Counted from the stretch's first letter, positions 20,870-31,737 are shown. The stretch: 64,000 nt of DNA from Halorarum halobium (GCF_032116555.1 NZ_CP134949.1:1550001-1614000); one strand, 5' to 3'. Notes: generated by a model from the sequence alone, not told the origin. Translations and numbers: made by a program.

Positions 20870-21451
20870 ATGAACACGGACGCGACCGGGCTGCGTGCGA
20901 CCGCCCGGGACCACACCGTCGCCGTCGCGGCGCTCCTCTCGGCGGTCGCGCTCGCGCTGGTTTTCGCCGTCGCGCTTGAACTCGTCCCGGGCGGAACGCT
21001 CCCGCGCCCGCCGGAGGCCGTCCTCGCCGCCGTACCGCACGTCAACGCCGCGCTGTCGCTCGCCGCGATCGTGACCATCTCGCTCGGCGTCCGGTTCGTA
21101 CGGCGCGACGAGTACGGTCGCCACAGGGCCGCGATGCTGGTCTCGACGGGCCTGTTCGCGACGTTCCTCGTGCTGTATCTCTACCGCGTCGCCATCCTGG
21201 GGCCGACCGACTTCCCCGGCCCGGCGGGGGTCGAGCAGTTCCTCTATCTCCCGATCCTCGTCGTCCACGTCTCGCTGGCGGTCGTCTGCGTGCCGGTCGT
21301 CATCTACGTGCTCACGCTCGCGGCGACCCGGCCGATCGGGGACCTGTTCGACACGCGCCACGCTCGAGTCGGCCGGATCGCGGCGTCGCTGTGGGTGATC
21401 TCGTTCACGCTCGGGGTTCTCGTGTACGCGCTGCTGTATCACCTGTACTGA
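20870..21451 (+). CDS. DUF420 membrane protein
   Basis: PHVNA, HRAAML, FLVLYL, H.RVGR motifs. Confidence 0.85.
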   Translation: MNTDATGLRATARDHTVAVAALLSAVALALVFAVALELVPGGTLPRPPEAVLAAVPHVNAALSLAAIVTISLGVRFVRRDEYGRHRAAMLVSTGLFATFLVLYLYRVAILGPTDFPGPAGVEQFLYLPILVVHVSLAVVCVPVVIYVLTLAATRPIGDLFDTRHARVGRIAASLWVISFTLGVLVYALLYHLY

Positions 21452-21511
21452 ATCACCTGACGGAGCCACCTGTACTGAGCCGGATGCGGTGGGCGAGCGA
21501 CGTCCGTGGCG

Positions 21512-22084
21512 CTACTCCCCGGCGTCGATCTCGAGGAGGTCGTCACACAGCGACCGGAAGCGGCCGAACGCCGGCGGAGCGACGACGTCCCGATACAGCG
21601 AGTACACGCCGCGGACGTCGTTTCCGCGGGCGTTGCCCATGAGCCAGTCGACCAGCTTGTAAACCCGCCGCTCCTCGGAGTACAGCAACAGCGTGCTGAG
21701 CGAGTCGAAGACGAGCCACCCCTGTCCGGGGTCGAGATACTGGAAGCCGCGGCTGACCTCGACGCTGATGCCCGTGAGGTCGCTCGGCGCGACCCGCTTG
21801 CCCGTCCACAGGGGTCCCTCGTACTCGACCTCGTTCGAACTCACGGGGACGACGCCGATCTTCCGGGGATCGAGGCCGCGCTCCTCCACCCGCCGCTGAA
21901 TCCGCCGTGGCGTCGACCCGGTGGTCACGACGAGCGCGTTCTCGAAGGCCGCGTCCGGAAGTTCCGAGAGTGGCGGTCCGAGCGCCCGCTTCGCGAGCAG
22001 GACCTGCTGGCCGGCGTCGACCGAAATCGTCCGATCGCTCGTCGGCGGGCCGGGCATCAACGGGTTCTCGACGGCCTCAAGCAT
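21512..22084 (-). CDS. Inactive KaiC/RecA-like domain protein (DUF835/DUF7504-like)
   Basis: PSDLTGIS, WLVFDSLSTLLLY, F..LCD motifs; no Walker A motif. Confidence 0.7.
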   Translation of the reverse strand: MLEAVENPLMPGPPTSDRTISVDAGQQVLLAKRALGPPLSELPDAAFENALVVTTGSTPRRIQRRVEERGLDPRKIGVVPVSSNEVEYEGPLWTGKRVAPSDLTGISVEVSRGFQYLDPGQGWLVFDSLSTLLLYSEERRVYKLVDWLMGNARGNDVRGVYSLYRDVVAPPAFGRFRSLCDDLLEIDAGE

Positions 22085-22412
22085 CCTCGAACCTCTCGCT
22101 CGTCGTCGTCAGTTCCGCGTTCAGCTCCGGTGGCTCCCCCCGGTGGACGTACTCGCGGGCGAACAGCCAGACGCTCCAGAGGTAGCCGCCAGCCGCGAGC
22201 AACTGAAGCCCCTCCGAGACGACCGATCGTCCCTGGAACGCCTGCAGCGCGACGCTGAACGCGAGCACCCCGATGGTCGCGGTGAGCAGGACGATGGCGT
22301 TCGTGTGCATCACCCGCGGCGCGTACGCCGCGACGGGGTACAGGAGCGTCAGCGCGACCGCGATCAGGATGACTACCCGGAACATCTCGACGACCGTGAG
22401 GCCCGCGATCAC
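22077..22412 (-). CDS. Small membrane protein (about 3 TM)
   Basis: GTG start overlaps upstream stop (GTGA); hydrophobic; overlaps downstream gene. Confidence 0.65.
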   Translation of the reverse strand: MIAGLTVVEMFRVVILIAVALTLLYPVAAYAPRVMHTNAIVLLTATIGVLAFSVALQAFQGRSVVSEGLQLLAAGGYLWSVWLFAREYVHRGEPPELNAELTTTSERFEDA

Positions 22413-22708
22413 GTTCCCACCTCCGTCCGTCCGCCGAGGACCCGGACGAGCTGGACGCCCACCCACGCGAACCCGACCAGCGCGAGGAGGCTCCCGAGTC
22501 GCCACGCGTCGCTCTCGACCGCGAGGCTCGACGACAGCAGTTCCCCGGTGGCCGACAGCAGGAGCCCGACGCTAACGACCGGGAGGCCCGCGACGACGGC
22601 GCCGAACGGCGTCCCCCTGTACCCGTGGACCGCGACGAGCGCGAGCGGCAGGCTCGCCGCGAGCAGCAGCGCCTGCCCGTAGTTGAGCAGCGAGAGTGGG
22701 AAGGTCAT
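22409..22708 (-). CDS. Small membrane protein (about 3 TM)
   Basis: 99 aa hydrophobic with GYRGTPFG loop; GGAGGTG SD for next gene within its 3' end. Confidence 0.7.
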   Translation of the reverse strand: MTFPLSLLNYGQALLLAASLPLALVAVHGYRGTPFGAVVAGLPVVSVGLLLSATGELLSSSLAVESDAWRLGSLLALVGFAWVGVQLVRVLGGRTEVGT

Positions 22709-22810
22709 CGAATCGTTTCGAAATCGTACCGAACGGCCCCGGATAATTCTTTCCCGAACCGTCGTACCTGGACGCCGTGCAGCGATGACCGGGACGACGG
22801 TCGCCCGTCG

Positions 22811-24262
22811 CTAATCGTCCGCCGGCCCGCCGACCACGGGCGGTTCGAGGTCGCGGTCGGTCGCCTCGCCCTCGATGTCGAACGGATACTCGCCCGTGAC
22901 ACAGCCGAGACAGAGGTCCGCGCGGGACTGGCCGATCGCCTCCGCGACGGCCTCGATGGAGAGGTAGGAGAGCGAGTCGGCACCGACCGTCTCGCGGATG
23001 TCATCGGTCGATCGACCCGCAGCGATGAGTTCGTCGCGGGTCGCCATGTCGATTCCCATGTAGCAGGGCGCGAGGATGGGCGGCGCGCCGATCCGGAGGT
23101 GGACCTCCGAGGCACCGGCGTCCCGGAGCAGTTCCACCAGTTGCGTCGACGTCGTCCCCCGGACGATGGAGTCGTCGATGAGCGTCACCGAGCGCCCCTC
23201 GACGGTGGACTTGATGGGGTTCAGTTTCAGCCGGACGGCGCGCTCGCGCTCGTCCTGGGTCGGCATGATGAACGTCCGGCCAACGTAGCGGTTCTTCATC
23301 AGCCCCTCCGCGAACTCGGTGCTCGCGCCGTCCGCCTGCGCGGCGTCGGCGTAGCCCGACGCGAACGCCCTCCCCGAGTCCGGCACCGGCATCACGACGT
23401 CGGTCTCGATGCCCGACTCCGCCCAGAGCGCCCCGCCGAGGTTCCGACGGGCTTCGTACACCAGCGTGTCGTCGATGACCGAGTCGGGCCGGGCGAAGTA
23501 GACGTGTTCGAAAAAGCAGTGGGCGGCGGTGTCCTCCTCGTACAGTTGATAGGAGTCGTAACCGGAGCCGTCGGCCTCCAGGACGACGAGTTCGCCCGGC
23601 CGGACGTCGCGGACGAGTTCGCCGTCCAGCGTGTCGATGGCCGCGGACTCGGAGGCGAGCACGTAGCCATCCTCCAGTTCGCCGAGACAGAGCGGGCGGT
23701 TCCCGCGCGGGTCGCGCACGCCGAGGACGGTGTCGTCGTGCATCACCGTCAGGGCGTACGAGCCGTGGATGCGGCCCATCGTCCGCTTGACGGCGCGGAT
23801 GAGATCCGAGTCGAGGAGGTTCCGGGCGAGGTCGTGGGCGATGACCTCCGTGTCCCCGTCGGAGGTGAACGCGTGGCCCTGCGAGGCGAGTTCGTCGCGG
23901 AGGTCCCCCGTGTTCACGAGGTTGCCGTTGTGCGCGAGCCCCAGCGCGCCGGACTTGAACGAGACGGAGAACGGCTGTGCGCAACTGGAGTTCACGCTGC
24001 CGGCCGTGGGGTAGCGCACGTGGCCGATGCCCGCAGAGCCGTTGAGATCGTCCAGGTCGTCGGGATCGAACGCGTCGCCGACGAGGCCCATCTCCACGTG
24101 GCCGTGCTGCTGGAAGCCGTCGTGGGTGACGATGCCCGCGGAGTCCTGGCCCCGGTGCTGGAGCGCGTACAGCGAGTAGTAGAGCGGTCTGGCGGCGTCA
24201 CGCTCCGCGAGTGCGACCCCGACCACCCCGCACTTCTCGGTCGGGCCCTCCCCGTGTTGCAT
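22811..24262 (-). CDS. purF: Amidophosphoribosyltransferase
   Basis: Propeptide then CGVVG; LQHRGQ, GHVRYPT, DDSIVRGTT, Fe-S Cys. Confidence 0.97.
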   Translation of the reverse strand: MQHGEGPTEKCGVVGVALAERDAARPLYYSLYALQHRGQDSAGIVTHDGFQQHGHVEMGLVGDAFDPDDLDDLNGSAGIGHVRYPTAGSVNSSCAQPFSVSFKSGALGLAHNGNLVNTGDLRDELASQGHAFTSDGDTEVIAHDLARNLLDSDLIRAVKRTMGRIHGSYALTVMHDDTVLGVRDPRGNRPLCLGELEDGYVLASESAAIDTLDGELVRDVRPGELVVLEADGSGYDSYQLYEEDTAAHCFFEHVYFARPDSVIDDTLVYEARRNLGGALWAESGIETDVVMPVPDSGRAFASGYADAAQADGASTEFAEGLMKNRYVGRTFIMPTQDERERAVRLKLNPIKSTVEGRSVTLIDDSIVRGTTSTQLVELLRDAGASEVHLRIGAPPILAPCYMGIDMATRDELIAAGRSTDDIRETVGADSLSYLSIEAVAEAIGQSRADLCLGCVTGEYPFDIEGEATDRDLEPPVVGGPADD

Positions 24263-24484
24263 GGACGACGGTCGGCGAGCCAGTCACAAAAATCCTCGTT
24301 ATCGTGGTCATCACCCCGGACGGCCGTGAAGAGTTATGCACGAATTTGTATGAGATGGCGATTTCGGGGCCCGCCCTCCTGCGCGGTGGTTTACGTGTTC
24401 GGGCCGTCCGTGAACCGGAGTCGAGCCTTCGCTCCGGGGTCGGAGAACGGAGAGAGAAGTCAATCGAGAGTCGGTCGTCCGTCG

Positions 24485-24661
24485 TCAGTTGTCGCCGGAC
24501 TTCGACTGCCACTCGTAGCCGCGCTGCTTCTTCGACTTGCCGAACCCACACGAGGAGCACTGTTTCTTCTTGACGTGGTAGGACTTCTCGCCGCACCGTC
24601 GGCACTTCACGTGGGTCGTCTTGTTCTTCTTTCCTTGTGAGGGGGTTCCTGCACCGGTCAT
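24485..24661 (-). CDS. rpl37e: 50S ribosomal protein L37e (not in ORF track)
   Basis: [41 protein letters not shown]. Confidence 0.96.
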   Translation of the reverse strand: MTGAGTPSQGKKNKTTHVKCRRCGEKSYHVKKKQCSSCGFGKSKKQRGYEWQSKSGDN

Positions 24662-24873
24662 GCGTTGATTTTGACGACGTTGTCGCCACGGATAATCGTT
24701 GTGTCTTCCACTTCTCCCTCCGTGGAGCCGTCGATGTCGGTCGGTTCCAGCACCACGTTCATGTGCTGGTCGTAGCCGGCGAGGACGCCGAAGTGGGCCG
24801 TGCCGTCCTTGAGCAGGACGGTCACTGGCGTGTCAAGTGCTTCCTCCAGCACGTCGAGGGGTCGGCCGCTCAT
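24658..24873 (-). CDS. lsm: Sm-like (LSm) protein
   Basis: RPLDVL, G.L.GYDQHMN, IIRGDNV; overlaps rpl37e as in the conserved archaeal pair. Confidence 0.95.
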   Translation of the reverse strand: MSGRPLDVLEEALDTPVTVLLKDGTAHFGVLAGYDQHMNVVLEPTDIDGSTEGEVEDTTIIRGDNVVKINA

Positions 24874-25015
24874 ACAGCGGGCGTCGGTCAGGTGTGGGTT
24901 AAATATACCGGACGACGGGAGCGGGATCATCCTCGTTGACGTGATTGCGGGAATTTCACTGGGAGAGTTACCTGACTGTGATGGATGTTTCCGTCCCTAC
25001 CACGCGAACGACGAC

Positions 25016-25127
25016 GGAAGCCCCGGCGGCTCTCGGGGAGGACGCGGACCGACAAGCACCGTGGTTCGAAAATCGAAGATTTTCGTACGACAGCGACCGC
25101 CATCGAGCCGAGAGCGCGAGGGCTTTC
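25016..25127 (-). repeat. Dispersed palindromic intergenic element, copy 3 (short)
   Basis: Aligns with 20328-20438; terminal inverted GAAGCCCC..CTCTCGG / CCGAGAG..GGGCTTTC; central perfect hairpin CGAAAATC-GAA-GATTTTCG. Confidence 0.72.
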
Positions 25128-25244
25128 ACGGCCATCAACACCTGCCAGAATGGTCGTCGGGAGCAACCACCGTCAGCGAACGACGAGACTCCCCAGAATA
25201 GGCAACACTCTTGGCCCCCTCACAGAAACACGACGCGAGACGAG

Positions 25245-26411
25245 ATGAATCGGCGCACGCGCGAGTACCTCGAAGGTCGCTTCGGCGACTACTACCGGAG
25301 CGCCGAGATCACGCCGCCGCCCGCCGCAGACCGGCGCGAGTGGGGGCAGATCCCGTTCACCTCGGGCGAGGGAACGCGGATGGTCCGCCACCAGTCGCTT
25401 CTGGATCTGGGCGACCTGAGCGAGTTCCTCGCGCGGGAGTCGCCGCGGCACGCCTACTTCTCGGCCGCGCGGTACGACGACCCGAGCAACAGCGAGATGA
25501 GCGAGAAGGGGTGGCGCTCGGCCGACCTGGTGTTCGACATCGACGCCGACCACCTGCCGGCCATCGACCCCGAGGAGGCTTCCTATCCCGAACAGCTCGC
25601 GGCGGCCAAGGACGCGCTCGTCAGGCTGCTCGACCTGCTCGAACGTGACTTTGGGTTCGCCGAGTCCGACATGGCGGTCGTGTTCTCGGGCGGCCGCGGC
25701 TACCACGTCCACGTCCGGGACCCGTCGGTCGCGTCGCTCGATTCGAAGGCGCGCCGGGAGGTGGTCGATTACGTCCGCGCGATCGACCTCAACTTCGACG
25801 GCCTCATCGAGAAGCGGCCCAACGAGCGCGGGACGCTCCAGAAGACGCTCCGCGCCGAAGGGGGCTGGGGCGGTCGCGTCCACGAGCGCCTGCTGTCGTA
25901 CGCCGACGACCTGCGGGAGATGGAGGAGGCGGACGCGCTCGAGCGCCTCCAGGAACTCGACGGCGTCGGCGAGAAGACGGCCCGGACCATCTACGGCGTG
26001 TTCCAGCGGAACCCCGAGGGCGTCCGTGCCGGCAACGTCGAACTCGGGCCCGGCGCGAGCACGCTGGTTCGTGCGCTGGCCCACGAGGTCGTCGCCGAGC
26101 AGACCTCGCCCATCGACGAGCCGGTGACGACCGACGTCCGGCGGCTCATCCGGCTCCCGCGGAGCATCCACGGCGGCAGCGGCCTCGTGGTGACGCCGCT
26201 CGACCGGGACGAGATCGGCGGGTTCGACCCGTTCCGCGACGCGATTCCGGACCGGTTCAGGGGTCGGGACATCCTCGTCGACGTCACCGACCCCGGGCCG
26301 CTCCCGATCGCCGGCGACAGGACTAAGGTGGCGGCGGGAGTCCAGTCAGTCAACGAATACGTCGGCGTGTTCCTCATGGCACGCGGTCGCGCCGAGAAGG
26401 CGAAGGAGTAA
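25245..26411 (+). CDS. priS: DNA primase small subunit
   Basis: DLVFDIDAD, FSGGRGYHVH, IDEPVT.D..RLIR. Confidence 0.96.
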   Translation: MNRRTREYLEGRFGDYYRSAEITPPPAADRREWGQIPFTSGEGTRMVRHQSLLDLGDLSEFLARESPRHAYFSAARYDDPSNSEMSEKGWRSADLVFDIDADHLPAIDPEEASYPEQLAAAKDALVRLLDLLERDFGFAESDMAVVFSGGRGYHVHVRDPSVASLDSKARREVVDYVRAIDLNFDGLIEKRPNERGTLQKTLRAEGGWGGRVHERLLSYADDLREMEEADALERLQELDGVGEKTARTIYGVFQRNPEGVRAGNVELGPGASTLVRALAHEVVAEQTSPIDEPVTTDVRRLIRLPRSIHGGSGLVVTPLDRDEIGGFDPFRDAIPDRFRGRDILVDVTDPGPLPIAGDRTKVAAGVQSVNEYVGVFLMARGRAEKAKE

Positions 26412-26414
26412 CCG

Positions 26415-27296
26415 ATGGATCTGGATGAACTACGCGGCGTCCAATCGACCGAACGCCAGCGCGACAGCCTCCAGCACCTCCGCGACTCGTTCTACGAGGA
26501 CGTCGCCTCCTACATTGAAGGCCGCAAGCACCGGCGGGACGATCGCGCCTCGTCGGTCGAGAACCCGTTCTCGGACGAGCAGGTCCGGAAGCTCTCCGAC
26601 GAGATCGAGACGGCAGAGGAGGTCGTCGAGTCGCTGTACGAACGGCGCGTCGGGAAGGTGGTCAAACTCGCCTCCTTCGCCGCGGCCGACGCCCCCGTCG
26701 AGACGGACGGGCTGACCGCCGAGGAGACCGAACTGTTCGACGACCTCGTGGCACGCATCGAGGAGAACAAGGGACGGGTGCTCGAGGTGCTCGGCGGCGG
26801 CGCGGACGTGGACCTCGACGCGCCGACCGGCGCGGAGCCGACGACGCCGTCGACCGACGACGAAGTCGGTACGGAACCGACGGCGGCGGACGCCGGGGGC
26901 GAACCGGACGGCGTGCTGGCCGACGCGATGGGTGCCGATTCGGCCGCGCCCCGCGAGTCGGGGACGACCGACGCCGGCGGCCACGAGTCGGAGGATGCCC
27001 CGCCGATTCCGCCCGACGAACCGGAGCTCGAACACGGTGCGGGCGGGTCCGTGCAGGATGTGGAGTCGGGCGCGAGCGAGGGCGAGGACGGCTCGACCGG
27101 CGACGGGGCACGGCCGTCAGGGGAAGCGCCCCCCTCGGACGACGACCGGCGGACCGTCCGGATCACCCGCGACGTCGGCCAGATCCTCGGCGTCGACGAC
27201 CGCGAGTACGAACTCGAGTCCGAGGACGTGGTGACGCTCCCGGCCGCGAACGCGGACCCGCTCGTGGACCGGGACGCCGCGGACCCGCTGGAGTAG
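26415..27296 (+). CDS. ginS: GINS complex protein
   Basis: Directly follows priS; ERRVGKVVKLA A-domain, acidic linker, B-domain GVDDREYEL..EDVVTLP. Confidence 0.85.
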   Translation: MDLDELRGVQSTERQRDSLQHLRDSFYEDVASYIEGRKHRRDDRASSVENPFSDEQVRKLSDEIETAEEVVESLYERRVGKVVKLASFAAADAPVETDGLTAEETELFDDLVARIEENKGRVLEVLGGGADVDLDAPTGAEPTTPSTDDEVGTEPTAADAGGEPDGVLADAMGADSAAPRESGTTDAGGHESEDAPPIPPDEPELEHGAGGSVQDVESGASEGEDGSTGDGARPSGEAPPSDDDRRTVRITRDVGQILGVDDREYELESEDVVTLPAANADPLVDRDAADPLE

Positions 27297-27402
27297 CGAC
27301 CAACGAGGGGCGCCACGAGTCGAGTGATTGGCACCGGAGTCGACCCAGACGGCGGCTTCCGGAACCGGAACCGGTTTTTCCCGCCACTCCCCAGGCACGG
27401 AC

Positions 27403-27870
27403 ATGTTGGAACCAGGGGACGATGCGCCCGCGATCGAGCTTCCGAACCAGCACGGCGACACGATAGCTCTGGCCGACCACGAGGGCGAGTACGTCGTCGT
27501 CTACTTCTACCCCCGGGCGGACACGCCGGGGTGCACGACCGAGGCCTGCGGCTTCCGCGACGCGTGGGCCGAGTTCGAGGAGCGCGGCGTCGCCGTCCTC
27601 GGCATCAGCGACGACCCCGTCGAGGACCTCGCCGACTTCGCCCAGGAGTACGACCTGCCCTTCCACCTGCTGTCGGACGAGGACGGAGCGGTGTCGACCG
27701 CGTACGACTCCTACGGCGAGAAGAACGTGTTCGGCAACGAGGTGACCGGCGTCTTCCGGAACTCGTACGTCGTCGGCCCCGACGGGACCGTCGTCCGCGC
27801 CTACGAGGGCGTCTCCCCGGAGGGACACGCCGACGAACTGCTGGCGGACCTCGACGAACTGGACGCCTGA
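27403..27870 (+). CDS. bcp: Peroxiredoxin BCP
   Basis: YFYPRADTPGCTTEAC. Confidence 0.95.
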   Translation: MLEPGDDAPAIELPNQHGDTIALADHEGEYVVVYFYPRADTPGCTTEACGFRDAWAEFEERGVAVLGISDDPVEDLADFAQEYDLPFHLLSDEDGAVSTAYDSYGEKNVFGNEVTGVFRNSYVVGPDGTVVRAYEGVSPEGHADELLADLDELDA

Positions 27871-27915
27871 AACGGGGACGAGGCTCCCCACCCGGCGCCA
27901 CCGTTTCGGTGATCG

Positions 27916-28818
27916 TCAGCGACCGAGCAGTCTGACGATCGCGTGGCGTTTCAGCAGCGCGAACCCGAGGACGACGACGAGAAAGCCCGCGACGGTGAGC
28001 GGCGTCACCGGCTCCGAGAGCAGCACGGCACCCAGCGCGGTCGCCACCACCGGAACCACGTACGAGACCAGGTTCGTCTCGAACGCGCCCAGCCGGTCGA
28101 GCAGCGTGAAGTAGATGCCGTACGCCGCGGCGCTCGCGAACACGCCCATGAACGCGAGCGCCAGCATGACCTCGGGCGTGAACGCCGCGGCCGTCGGCAT
28201 CGGCTCGCCCAGGACGAGCGACGCGAGGTGGAGCTGGACGGCACCGAGCGCCATCGCCCACGCGGTCCGGGTGAGCGCCGGCGCGGGCGGTTCGAGTGCC
28301 CGTGTGAGCACGCCCCCGAGCGAGACCGAGACGGCGGCCACGAACACCAGCGCGACGCCGAGGGTCGTGTCGCCGCCGACGCTCCCGGGCGAGGGGTTCG
28401 CCACGAGCACGACGCCGAGGACGCCGAGCAGGACGCCGAGGTACCCCCGCGCGTCGAGGGTACCTTCCGAGAGCAGGACGGCCGCGAACGCGGTCGTCAG
28501 GATCGGGTTGAGACTGTAGACGATCGAGGCGACGCCGCCGGTCGTGAACCGCTGGCCGAAAAAGAGGAACACGACGTTGACGCTCACCAGTAGCGTCGAC
28601 CCGACGAGGACCGCCCAGCCGTCCGCGCGGGTCCTCGGGAGCGGGTCGTCGACGGCAAAGAGGACGTACGCGAGCGCGACCGCCGCGCCGACGTCGAACC
28701 GGAACGCTCCCAGCAGCACTGGTGCCAGTTCGGTCAGGCCGACCTCGACCGCGGGGAACGTCCCGCCCCAGAAGAGCCCGAGCGTGAGGAACAGGACGGC
28801 GTCTCGGGCTCGTGTCAC
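27916..28818 (-). CDS. DMT/EamA transporter
   Basis: WGGTF, two EamA repeats, about 10 TM. Confidence 0.9.
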   Translation of the reverse strand: MTRARDAVLFLTLGLFWGGTFPAVEVGLTELAPVLLGAFRFDVGAAVALAYVLFAVDDPLPRTRADGWAVLVGSTLLVSVNVVFLFFGQRFTTGGVASIVYSLNPILTTAFAAVLLSEGTLDARGYLGVLLGVLGVVLVANPSPGSVGGDTTLGVALVFVAAVSVSLGGVLTRALEPPAPALTRTAWAMALGAVQLHLASLVLGEPMPTAAAFTPEVMLALAFMGVFASAAAYGIYFTLLDRLGAFETNLVSYVVPVVATALGAVLLSEPVTPLTVAGFLVVVLGFALLKRHAIVRLLGR

Positions 28819-28949
28819 GGCGGAGAGTCATCCCGGACCGCCTTCGTCGTTTTCCTTTCGGTCAGGCGGGCCGATTCGGCGCACTCGTCCGGTCGCCGTC
28901 CGGGTCTGATCGATCGGTGAGAAAAGCGCCCGACGGACGGGTCAGTCGC

Positions 28950-30005
28950 TCAGTAGCGCCGCGTGATGAGGTAGTCCGCGAGGTCGCGGAGCAGCGAGCG
29001 CGCCTCGTTGTCCGGGAGGACAGAGAGGCGCTCCTTGCTCCGTTCGGTGAGCTCCGTGGCCTTCCCCCGGGCGAACTCGATGCTGCCGGCCGCCTCGAGC
29101 GCGGCGACGGCGTCGTCGACCTCGGCCTCGGTCACCTCGGCGGGCGTCTCGGCGGAGACGAGCCCGTCCACGTCGACGCCCTGCTGGCGCGCGTGGAGGG
29201 TGATGAGCGTCTCCTTCTCCTCGACGAGGTCGGAGCCGCGCTGTTTGCCGAGGTCCTCCGAGGGAACCGTGAGGTCGAGCACGTCGTCCTGGATCTGGAA
29301 CGCGCGCCCGGAGTCGACGCCGTATTGGTAGAGCGCGTCGACGACCTCGTCGTCGGCACCCATCAGCACCGCGGGGATGGCGGCCGACGCGCCGTAGAGG
29401 ACGGCCGTCTTCAGCTCCACCATCTCCAGATACTCCTCGGGCGTGACGTCGTCCCTGCCCTCGAAGTCGACGTCGAGCGACTGCCCCTCACAGATCCGGG
29501 TGCAGGTCGACGCGAGGAGGTTCACGGCCCGCAGGCCGTTCGCCGGGTCCGCGCCGGTGTCCGAGAGGAGCTCGAACGCCTTCGCGTACAGCGTGTCGCC
29601 CGCGAGGATCGCCGTCTCGGTGTCGTACTCGCGGTGGACCGCCGGCACGCCCCGGCGGAGCTCGTCCTCGTCCATGATGTCGTCGTGGATGAGGGTGAAC
29701 GACTGGATGACCTCGACGCTGACCGCGGCGCGCATCAGATCGAACTCCTCGCCAGACAGCGACGGGAAGGCGCGGTAGTCGGCCGAGAGCGGCGCGACGT
29801 CGCCGAGCGCCTCGGCCGCGAGCAGCGCGGCCGTCGGGCGGAGCCGTTTGCCGCCCGCGTCGAGGAGGTAGCGGGTCGCCTCGTAGAGCCGCTCGGGATC
29901 GGCCATCGGGAGGTCCGCGTCGATGGCCTCGTTCACGAGTTCGCGTCGCTCGGTGACCGCGGCGAGCACCCGCTCCTCGGTCGCGTCCTGGGTCATGCGG
30001 CTCAC
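28950..30005 (-). CDS. idsA: Polyprenyl (geranylgeranyl/geranylfarnesyl) diphosphate synthase
   Basis: GGKRLRP, HDDIMD..RRG (FARM), FQIQDD (SARM); start 30005 or 29996. Confidence 0.93.
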   Translation of the reverse strand: MSRMTQDATEERVLAAVTERRELVNEAIDADLPMADPERLYEATRYLLDAGGKRLRPTAALLAAEALGDVAPLSADYRAFPSLSGEEFDLMRAAVSVEVIQSFTLIHDDIMDEDELRRGVPAVHREYDTETAILAGDTLYAKAFELLSDTGADPANGLRAVNLLASTCTRICEGQSLDVDFEGRDDVTPEEYLEMVELKTAVLYGASAAIPAVLMGADDEVVDALYQYGVDSGRAFQIQDDVLDLTVPSEDLGKQRGSDLVEEKETLITLHARQQGVDVDGLVSAETPAEVTEAEVDDAVAALEAAGSIEFARGKATELTERSKERLSVLPDNEARSLLRDLADYLITRRY

Positions 30006-31354
30006 TCCGTGAGCTGGATCATGTTGCCGTTGCGCGTGACGTGGAGGTCACGCCCGAGCGTGTACCCCATGCTCTCGGCCAGGTCAACGTACGGCGCGAA
30101 CCCTTTGAGGTCCTGGTGGGCCGGGATGACGTGCTGGGGCTGGAGCGCGTCGAGCATCTGGTAGTGGCCCTCCTCGCGGAGGTGGCCCGACACGTGGATC
30201 TCGTCGTAGATGCGCGCGCCCTGCATCCGCAGGAGCTGTTCGGACTGGTAGCGCTGGCCCTCGTTGGTCGGCTCCGGGATGACGCGGGCGCTGAAGATGA
30301 CCTTGTCGCCGTCGTCGAACTCGTAGGGCGTCTCGCCGCGGCCCATCCGGGTGAGCATCGCGCGCGGCTCGCCCTGGTGGCCCGTGACGACGGGCAGGTA
30401 GTTCTCCTTGCCCTCCTTCATGATGCGCTTGAACGTGCGGTCGACGGACTTGCGGTGGCCGTACATCCCGAGGTCGTCCGGGAAGTCGACGAAGTCCAGC
30501 CGTTCGGCGGTCCCGCTGTACTTCTCCATCGAGCGGCCCAGCAGCACCGGCTCGCGGCCGATGTCCTTGGCGAACTCGACGAGCGAGGAGACGCGCGAGA
30601 CGTGCGAGGAGAACGTGGTGGCGACGATGCCGCCGTCGTAGTCCTCGATGCTGTCGATGGTGTCCTTGAGGTGGTTACGCGCGTGGGACTCGGAGGGCGT
30701 CCGGCCCTTCCGGCCGGCGTTCGTACAGTCCTCGATGTAACAGAGGACGCCCTCGCCCTCGCGGCCGATCTCGCGGAAGCGATCCATGTCGATCGGGTCC
30801 TCGAGGACCGGATTGTGGTCGATGCGCTTGTCGAGGCCGTAGACGACCGCGCCCTCGGGCGTGTGGAGCACCGGGTTGACCGCGTCGATGATGGAGTGGG
30901 TGACGTGGACGAACTCGAGTTCGACCTGTCCGGAGTCGCCGATGGACATCGTCTCGCCGGCCTCCATCTTGACGAGGTCGTTGTTGACGTTGAACTTGTT
31001 CTCGCCCTTGATCTGCTGTTTCACCAGTTCGATGGTGAACGGTGCGGCGACGACCGGCGCGTCGTAGCGGTGTGCCAGCTTCGAGATGGCACCGATGTGG
31101 TCGAGGTGGCCGTGGGTCGGCACGATGGCCTTCACGTCGCCCTCGAGGTCGGACATCACTCGGTCGTCCGGGATGGCCCCCATGTCGATGAGGTCCAGGC
31201 TGTGCATCTTCTCGGTCTCGACGTTGTCGTGAATCAGGACCTTGCTCAGGTTGAGGCCCATGTCGAACACGACGACGTCGTCTCCCGCGCGAACTGCGGT
31301 CATCTGGCGGCCGACTTCCTCGTAGCCGCCGATTGTTGCGATTTCTACTTCCAT
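30002..31354 (-). CDS. rnj: Archaeal RNase J (beta-CASP)
   Basis: [28 protein letters not shown] motifs. Confidence 0.95.
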   Translation of the reverse strand: MEVEIATIGGYEEVGRQMTAVRAGDDVVVFDMGLNLSKVLIHDNVETEKMHSLDLIDMGAIPDDRVMSDLEGDVKAIVPTHGHLDHIGAISKLAHRYDAPVVAAPFTIELVKQQIKGENKFNVNNDLVKMEAGETMSIGDSGQVELEFVHVTHSIIDAVNPVLHTPEGAVVYGLDKRIDHNPVLEDPIDMDRFREIGREGEGVLCYIEDCTNAGRKGRTPSESHARNHLKDTIDSIEDYDGGIVATTFSSHVSRVSSLVEFAKDIGREPVLLGRSMEKYSGTAERLDFVDFPDDLGMYGHRKSVDRTFKRIMKEGKENYLPVVTGHQGEPRAMLTRMGRGETPYEFDDGDKVIFSARVIPEPTNEGQRYQSEQLLRMQGARIYDEIHVSGHLREEGHYQMLDALQPQHVIPAHQDLKGFAPYVDLAESMGYTLGRDLHVTRNGNMIQLTE

Positions 31355-31737
31355 AGGTTCGATGTCGAACTGCTGTTGCGAGCGTTGGAAATCCGGCTCG
31401 CCGCACCGCGGCGAGCGGACAGGCTCGTACGGAAAGCCCCGGTAACACGGGTCGCTGTGGACCCCGGCGTCTTGCAGCGCGTCGGTCCGCAATCCCGCTA
31501 TACGAACGGGGTCGGTCCCCCGATTCGTACTTGCCCGCGGGCTCTGGTAACCGTACGTTGCGGCGGCGCGGTTAAAACTGTGCGGGTTCGCGGATCATCG
31601 ACTCGTTCCATCGATTCAGTGTCCCTTCACGCCGCCCAGACGGCGAGGACGATCTGGAAGGTCCTGGTTCAGTGATCATCTAGATACCCTCCCCCTTAGT
31701 GTCGCACTCGATTCTGTCACGGTTGTCGTGACGACCG

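Noticed and set aside
21477..21510. GAGCCGGATGCGGTG...CGACGTCCG resembling group II intron domain V
   Set aside because: Pairing is imperfect, there are no other domains or RT gene, and the spacer is only about 60 bp; probably chance.
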